Below the pieces are notes generated by a model that saw only the letters and a program-made list of their open reading frames with translations, was not told the DNA's origin and did no database searches. A stretch of 64,000 nt of DNA, taken from the NCBI GenBank assembly GCA_965199825.1, contig OZ241329.1, positions 1,504,001 to 1,568,000 on the forward strand. The letters are read 5' to 3'. Position 1 is the stretch's first letter, and the number at the start of each line of letters is the position of its first letter. The position numbers and the translations under genes were made by a program. The DNA comes from Bdellovibrionales bacterium. GTDB lineage: Bacteria; Bdellovibrionota; Bdellovibrionia; Bdellovibrionales; UBA1609. Shown piece after piece: positions 59,583-64,000 of this stretch.

Positions 59583-60559
59583 AGTTTATTTTATTACTTA
59601 GTTTTTTGGCATTCGATGCAAATGCTGCGCGAATCAAAGATATCGCAAACGTAAGAGGTGTTCGCACCAATCAACTTGTTGGCTACGGAATCGTCGTTGG
59701 CCTTAAAGGAACTGGCGACAGCAAAGCCGAATTCACCAGCAAGAGTATGGGCCGCATGCTGGACCGGCTTGGCAGCAAGGTGAGCGAAAAAGATGTGGCG
59801 AGCAAAAATGTGGCTGCTGTGATTATCACCGCAGAACTTCCAGCTTTCGCACGCGCCGGAAATAAAATTGATATCAACGTCAGTGCAATAGGTGACTCTA
59901 CGTCTCTTAAGGGTGGAGTTCTTATACAATCTCCTTTAAGGGCGGCTGATCAGCAAATTTATGCTGTGGCCCAAGGCTCAGCAGTTGTTGGATATTCAAG
60001 CACCGGAATGCACGAGACAGTGGCACGCATAATAAATGGAGCAATGATCGAGCGCGATATGGCAGCCGAATTTGCTTCGCGAAAAATGTTTCGGTTAACG
60101 CTGGTCAATCCTGATTTTACCACCGCCGCGCGTGCAGCAAAAACCATTAACCAAGAGCTTGCTGGAAAATTTGCGTCGGCTCTGGATGCCGCAACAGTGG
60201 ATGTGATTGTGCCCAATTCCTATGAGGGCAAAGGGGTTGAGTTGCTCTCTCTGATTGAAACTTTGAACGTCAATCCCGACAACACGGCGAAAGTCGTGAT
60301 CAATGAAAGAACTGGAACAGTCGTCATTGGCTCCGGCGTGAGAATTTCAAAAATTGCAATCAGCCATGGCGATCTCACCTTAAAGGTGGGCGAGGCGACA
60401 AAAGGTGGCGACCGCGTGATGGGAATCGAAGACTCGGCTAACGTCGGAGATATCGTAAAGGCGCTCAACCACATGGGTGTAACGCCAAGAGACTTAATCA
60501 CAATCCTACAGAGCATTAAAGCAGCTGGAGCTTTGCAGGGGGAACTTGAAATTTTATAG
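59579..60559 (+). CDS. flgI: Flagellar P-ring protein
   Basis: RIKDIA..GVR.NQLVGYG.VVGL.GTGD, ERTGTVV, AAGALQ. Confidence 0.96.
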   Translation: MKFILLLSFLAFDANAARIKDIANVRGVRTNQLVGYGIVVGLKGTGDSKAEFTSKSMGRMLDRLGSKVSEKDVASKNVAAVIITAELPAFARAGNKIDINVSAIGDSTSLKGGVLIQSPLRAADQQIYAVAQGSAVVGYSSTGMHETVARIINGAMIERDMAAEFASRKMFRLTLVNPDFTTAARAAKTINQELAGKFASALDAATVDVIVPNSYEGKGVELLSLIETLNVNPDNTAKVVINERTGTVVIGSGVRISKIAISHGDLTLKVGEATKGGDRVMGIEDSANVGDIVKALNHMGVTPRDLITILQSIKAAGALQGELEIL

Positions 60560-60592
60560 AGATAATTTTTAAAGTATCGATTACACTTAAAT

Positions 60593-60794
60593 AGATTCTC
60601 TTTACATGGATGTGGGGGGAATCTTCGGGGAGGGGTGAGTTAGTAGCTATGTACCATGGAAGGTATCAATCAACCAGTTTTCTCGCAGGAAACAGGGACA
60701 AATATTCTAAGCATATCCAGGGAATGGTAAAGCTCAGTTTGTCGAAAGCGTGCAGGATGCACAAGTGTTCTGATTCATCTTCCCCTTTCTTTTT
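60593..60794 (+). ncRNA. Putative CsrA/RsmA-binding structured RNA (multi-GGA)
   Basis: Six CA(N)GGA motifs, four in hairpin loops; long-range stem 60627-60643/60770-60785; T-rich 3' end. Confidence 0.55.
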
Positions 60795-60810
60795 ATCGGA
60801 TCTTTAAAAA

Positions 60811-61413
60811 ATGGCATTGCCGATCCAAACAACTTTGCCGGTTCGAAAACACGAACCGGCGGATGTCGAAAAAAAATTAAAAGACGCAGCCTCTATGTAC
60901 GAACAACATTTCTTGCAAGAAATGATGAAGGGCATGCGCAAAACAGTCACTCAAGGAACGCCACTGTCTCAAGGCGAAAAACTTTACCGCGAACAACTTG
61001 ATCAAAAATATGTTGAAGCCTGGAGCAGCAACGGCGGCATTGGTTTATCAAAGGTGATTTATGATCAGCTTCACGCCAAATTTTTTCCGGATCGCACCGC
61101 ACCCGCACCAAAAGGTCCGTTGCCGGCAGAAACAAGCCGCGTGCATTCGGTCAAAGATGGCGATGCGCGGATGGATTTTTCGTTTGAAGGCACTGGCGAT
61201 GTGACCGCACCGTTTGATGGCAAAATTCTTTCTGCGCAAGCTTTGCCCTCGGGTGAAACCGGTGTTTTGATTTCACATCCTGAGTTGAATATGGAATCGC
61301 GATTGGTCTTTAACGGTTCAGCAAATATAAAACCCGGTCAAAACATCGCAGCCGGCGAAGTGCTCGCATCGAATTCCTCGGGGAAAACATACTGGTCAGT
61401 TGTTGCGAGCTAA
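60811..61413 (+). CDS. flgJ: FlgJ rod-binding protein with degenerate M23-like domain
   Basis: LKDAA..YE..F..EMMK.MRKTV, GIGL..VIY.QL; C-terminal V.APFDGKI..V..G..I..GE. Confidence 0.8.
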   Translation: MALPIQTTLPVRKHEPADVEKKLKDAASMYEQHFLQEMMKGMRKTVTQGTPLSQGEKLYREQLDQKYVEAWSSNGGIGLSKVIYDQLHAKFFPDRTAPAPKGPLPAETSRVHSVKDGDARMDFSFEGTGDVTAPFDGKILSAQALPSGETGVLISHPELNMESRLVFNGSANIKPGQNIAAGEVLASNSSGKTYWSVVAS

Positions 61414-61454
61414 TTTGATTTGCACATTGTTTTAAATTCCGGGTATCACTGGGG

Positions 61455-61895
61455 ATGCTTTTATTTTTATTTCTCTCGCTGTTATCCGCACATGCGGGTC
61501 CCAAAAAAAATCCTTTAACGCCGTCGAGATGCGAACGACTTTGTGATCAAACTTTTGAAAGCCTTCGACTGAATGATTTGATTGCGGTAGATTTTGTTTT
61601 CAATGGCAGAAAAACGAGCGCCGCTGGAATCATCTTGGATCTTTCTCATGATTCGATAGTTTTTGGTAGAACACATGTCTACAGAGACGAAATCACCGCG
61701 ATTCGTCTTGCGAGGGTGAATGCCGAAACCGAAGTCGTCTATGGAGTCGGCAACTCAAGAGATCTCGCAAAGGGAAAATATCTTGGATTCTCATTCACCG
61801 CGAATAGCATCAAAATTGGATCGCGAGATGTTGTCATTTCTGAAATCATAGACATTACTGGAGTCAAAGTTAAAACCTTTGAGTTGCAAGAGTAG
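61455..61895 (+). CDS. Hypothetical secreted protein, paralog of 63371..63805
   Basis: Signal peptide; collinear similarity SLR.ND..F..NG..AG, I..IR.AR, GVG.S..A.G.Y.GF.FT. Confidence 0.75.
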   Translation: MLLFLFLSLLSAHAGPKKNPLTPSRCERLCDQTFESLRLNDLIAVDFVFNGRKTSAAGIILDLSHDSIVFGRTHVYRDEITAIRLARVNAETEVVYGVGNSRDLAKGKYLGFSFTANSIKIGSRDVVISEIIDITGVKVKTFELQE

Positions 61896-61952
61896 ACCTA
61901 CCTTCGTTCACAAATTCTAGCGCAATGCTGGTCCCATTTTATGCTGGGCGAA

Positions 61953-62066
61953 ACAACGAAATCTCCGGTGGTGTTGAAAACTTTGTTGGGTCTATTTTGT
62001 GTTCGTTTGGTGTGCCCAATAAATTAAACCTGAATCAAAGACCGACACCGCCGGAGATTTCGTTGT
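61953..62066 (+). ncRNA. Long nested hairpin (putative ncRNA or ssDNA element)
   Basis: 24-bp stem 61953-61976/62043-62066 whose only mismatches are two G.U pairs; inner stem 61982-61990/62015-62023 with one G.U. Confidence 0.55.
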
Positions 62067-62092
62067 GCTTGAGCACCTAGTTTTGTTTTTTG

Positions 62093-62264
62093 AGTACAAA
62101 GTTGTCGTGCCCGCTCAAGTACAAAGTTGTCGTGCCCGCTCAAGTACACAGTTGTCGTGCCCGCTTAAGTACAAAGTTGTCGTGCCCACTTAAGTACAAA
62201 GTTGTCGTGCCCGCTTAAGTACAAAGTTGTCGTGCCCGCTTAAGTACAAAGTTGTCGTGCCCGC
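62093..62264 (+). repeat. Tandem array, 6 full + 1 partial copies of 25 bp AGTACAAAGTTGTCGTGCCCGCTYA
   Basis: Counted directly; single-base variants in copies 3 and 4; no spacers. Confidence 0.97.
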
Positions 62265-62459
62265 ACCTTTTATGTTGACAGGTTTTTCGGTCGACTTTTT
62301 GGCGAGGTATTTGGCTTAGACAGCGTTGGGGGCTTTTCAAAACAAAAAAATTCAATGGCCCATGTTTATAGCCAAAAAAAGCGTGTCTACTGAGACGCCA
62401 CTACCTCTCTATGTTGCGCTTCAAATTTCATTTCTAAAAGTCGTGCTAAACTTCGTCAA

Positions 62460-63287
62460 TTGGAGAAGAGATTTATAAACCATGAAATGATTCACACAAA
62501 GGCTTTGAAGGCTGCAGATCAACACCGACAAACAGAATTGCAATTGCTCAATTCTTTAGAAGAGGTTTGGAAAAACAGAACCTATTATAAATATGGATGT
62601 CGCTCATTGTTTGACTATTCAGTTTCGAAACTTGGGCTTTCTGAGGAGGTTGCGAGTATTTTTAATAAGCTGGCCAAAAAGTTTACCGACGTGCCCGAGC
62701 TTAAAACTGCAATTGCCTCAGGAAAGGTTTCGGTTTCAAAAATCAATCGGATCTGCAGCGTGACCAACAAATCCAATGTGGATAATTGGCTCAAAATCGC
62801 TGAAGGCTCCAAAAGAAATTTGGAAAAACAGATCGCATTGGCTCATCCTGAAAAAGCTTTGCCCGAGCGTTCACGATTAAAAGCGGTAGGCGAAACATTG
62901 AGAGTGGAAGTGAAGTTTTCTTTAACCGAAGAAAAATTTGAATCTTTCAAACGTGCGCAAGATCTTTTAAGCCAAAAGCTGCAACGCCCAGCGACGATCG
63001 AAGATCTAGTAAACGAAGCGACACAGCTTTTTTTAGAAAAGCATGATCCGTTAAAAAAATCGTGCCCGCCAACAAGAACCCAAACACTGAGCAGCGTATT
63101 TAAAAGAACAGTGCATCAACAGCATCACAGTCAGTGCACTCATATCAATAATCAAGGAGAGAGATGCACAGAGCAGCGATTCCTCCATATCCACCATATC
63201 GTTCCGCAATCCGAGGGCGGAACACATACTTTAGAAAATCTCACTTTGTTGTGCGCGGGCCATCATCGTGCCCATCACGTTCATTAA
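62460..63287 (+). CDS. HNH endonuclease with helical N-terminal region (DUF222-like family)
   Basis: QC...RC..LHIHHIVP.S.GG.H..ENL.LLC..HH..HH; N-terminal YG..SLFDY...LGLSE; alternative ATG 62487. Confidence 0.85.
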   Translation: MEKRFINHEMIHTKALKAADQHRQTELQLLNSLEEVWKNRTYYKYGCRSLFDYSVSKLGLSEEVASIFNKLAKKFTDVPELKTAIASGKVSVSKINRICSVTNKSNVDNWLKIAEGSKRNLEKQIALAHPEKALPERSRLKAVGETLRVEVKFSLTEEKFESFKRAQDLLSQKLQRPATIEDLVNEATQLFLEKHDPLKKSCPPTRTQTLSSVFKRTVHQQHHSQCTHINNQGERCTEQRFLHIHHIVPQSEGGTHTLENLTLLCAGHHRAHHVH

Positions 63288-63370
63288 AGAGCGGTTGAGG
63301 TTCACACTCCTCAATTTATCAAAACTAAAGTTGTTGCCCATATCAACTGATTCTGTGTATCAAGCCACAA

Positions 63371-63805
63371 ATGATTTTATTAATAGTTTTTTCGCTACTC
63401 ACAGCGAACGCTGGGCAACACGGGCCTCTCCCTTACAATTGCAGAGTCCTCGAAACAGAAGCATTATTGAGCTTACGGCCCAATGACTTCGTTTCGATTT
63501 TATTTATCAAAAATGGCGAAACAAAAGTCACAGCAGGATTGTTTAGCCGGATTGCCGGTGATTACTTTGAAATCAACGAACAGCTTATTCTCATCGACCA
63601 AATTCGTGAGCTGCGGCGGGCTCGAATCGGTGACGAGCTTTATGTTGCCCATGGTGTAGGCAAGTCGTTAGGTTACGCAGCTGGAATATACCGCGGTTTT
63701 GATTTCACATCGGCGACCATCACCCTTGGAGACAATAAGATCAAACTGACCGAGCTTGTGGATTTCAACGGCCCCACAATTCAGCTTTTTAGCCGACAAA
63801 AATAA
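63371..63805 (+). CDS. Hypothetical secreted protein, paralog of 61455..61895
   Basis: Signal peptide ending ANA; same motifs as the paralog. Confidence 0.75.
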   Translation: MILLIVFSLLTANAGQHGPLPYNCRVLETEALLSLRPNDFVSILFIKNGETKVTAGLFSRIAGDYFEINEQLILIDQIRELRRARIGDELYVAHGVGKSLGYAAGIYRGFDFTSATITLGDNKIKLTELVDFNGPTIQLFSRQK

Positions 63806-63932
63806 GCATACACCGCCTAAAATCGTGTTCAAACCAAAGCCCAGCGCCAAAAATTGTCACTCACACAAGCAAAACTAGCCAGACCTCTAAGAGTTGGGAC
63901 AAATCCGTCTCTTCATGATACGATTTAAGGAT

Positions 63933-64000
63933 ATGAAAATCTCGAATCAAAAAAGTCAGAGCACCTCGCAGTCTGCTTCGACCACGAATCAAACAAAGGT
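63933..64000 (+). CDS. Start of a CDS running off the window (MKISNQKSQSTSQSASTTNQTK), possibly FlgM
   Basis: AAGGA RBS; open to the window end; MKI plus low-complexity start and position downstream of flgJ fit FlgM. Confidence 0.4.
   Translation, partial: MKISNQKSQSTSQSASTTNQTK

Noticed and set aside
60610..60807. 65-aa ORF between flgI and flgJ
   Set aside because: GTG start, no recognisable motif; RNA structure explains the region better.
62093..62264. CRISPR or TIGR array interpretation of the 25-bp repeats
   Set aside because: No variable spacer segments, only single-base variants; the HNH protein shows no recognisable Cas or Nop-domain features.

Overview
Compact, mostly housekeeping bacterial window, probably Bdellovibrionota (inferred from many orphan signal-peptide proteins, the flgFGAHIJ block and PBP4/MltD enzymes). 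It contains a partial dcw cluster (rsmH-ftsL-ftsI-murE-murF), dinB, rnhA, hppA, ilvE, typA, dps, dapF, dacB, ku, uppP, hpt and a RAYT-like HUH transposase. No rRNA, tRNA or CRISPR array was recognised. The best candidate for an undescribed system is a cassette at 61.9-63.3 kb: a long G.U-containing hairpin, a 7-copy 25-bp tandem array and an HNH nuclease gene. It sits between two paralogous secreted-protein genes inside the flagellar operon. A nuclease-less sister locus at 34.3-34.9 kb has a 9-copy 17-bp array and shares the same core (AAGYGGGCACGA) and three further short motifs. Other highlights are a CsrB/RsmZ-like multi-GGA structured RNA between flgI and flgJ, a secreted protein with tandem Phd/YefM-like repeats, a secreted ABC1 pseudokinase and an LspA-HAMP-like fusion. 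All calls were made by eye, without database searches.
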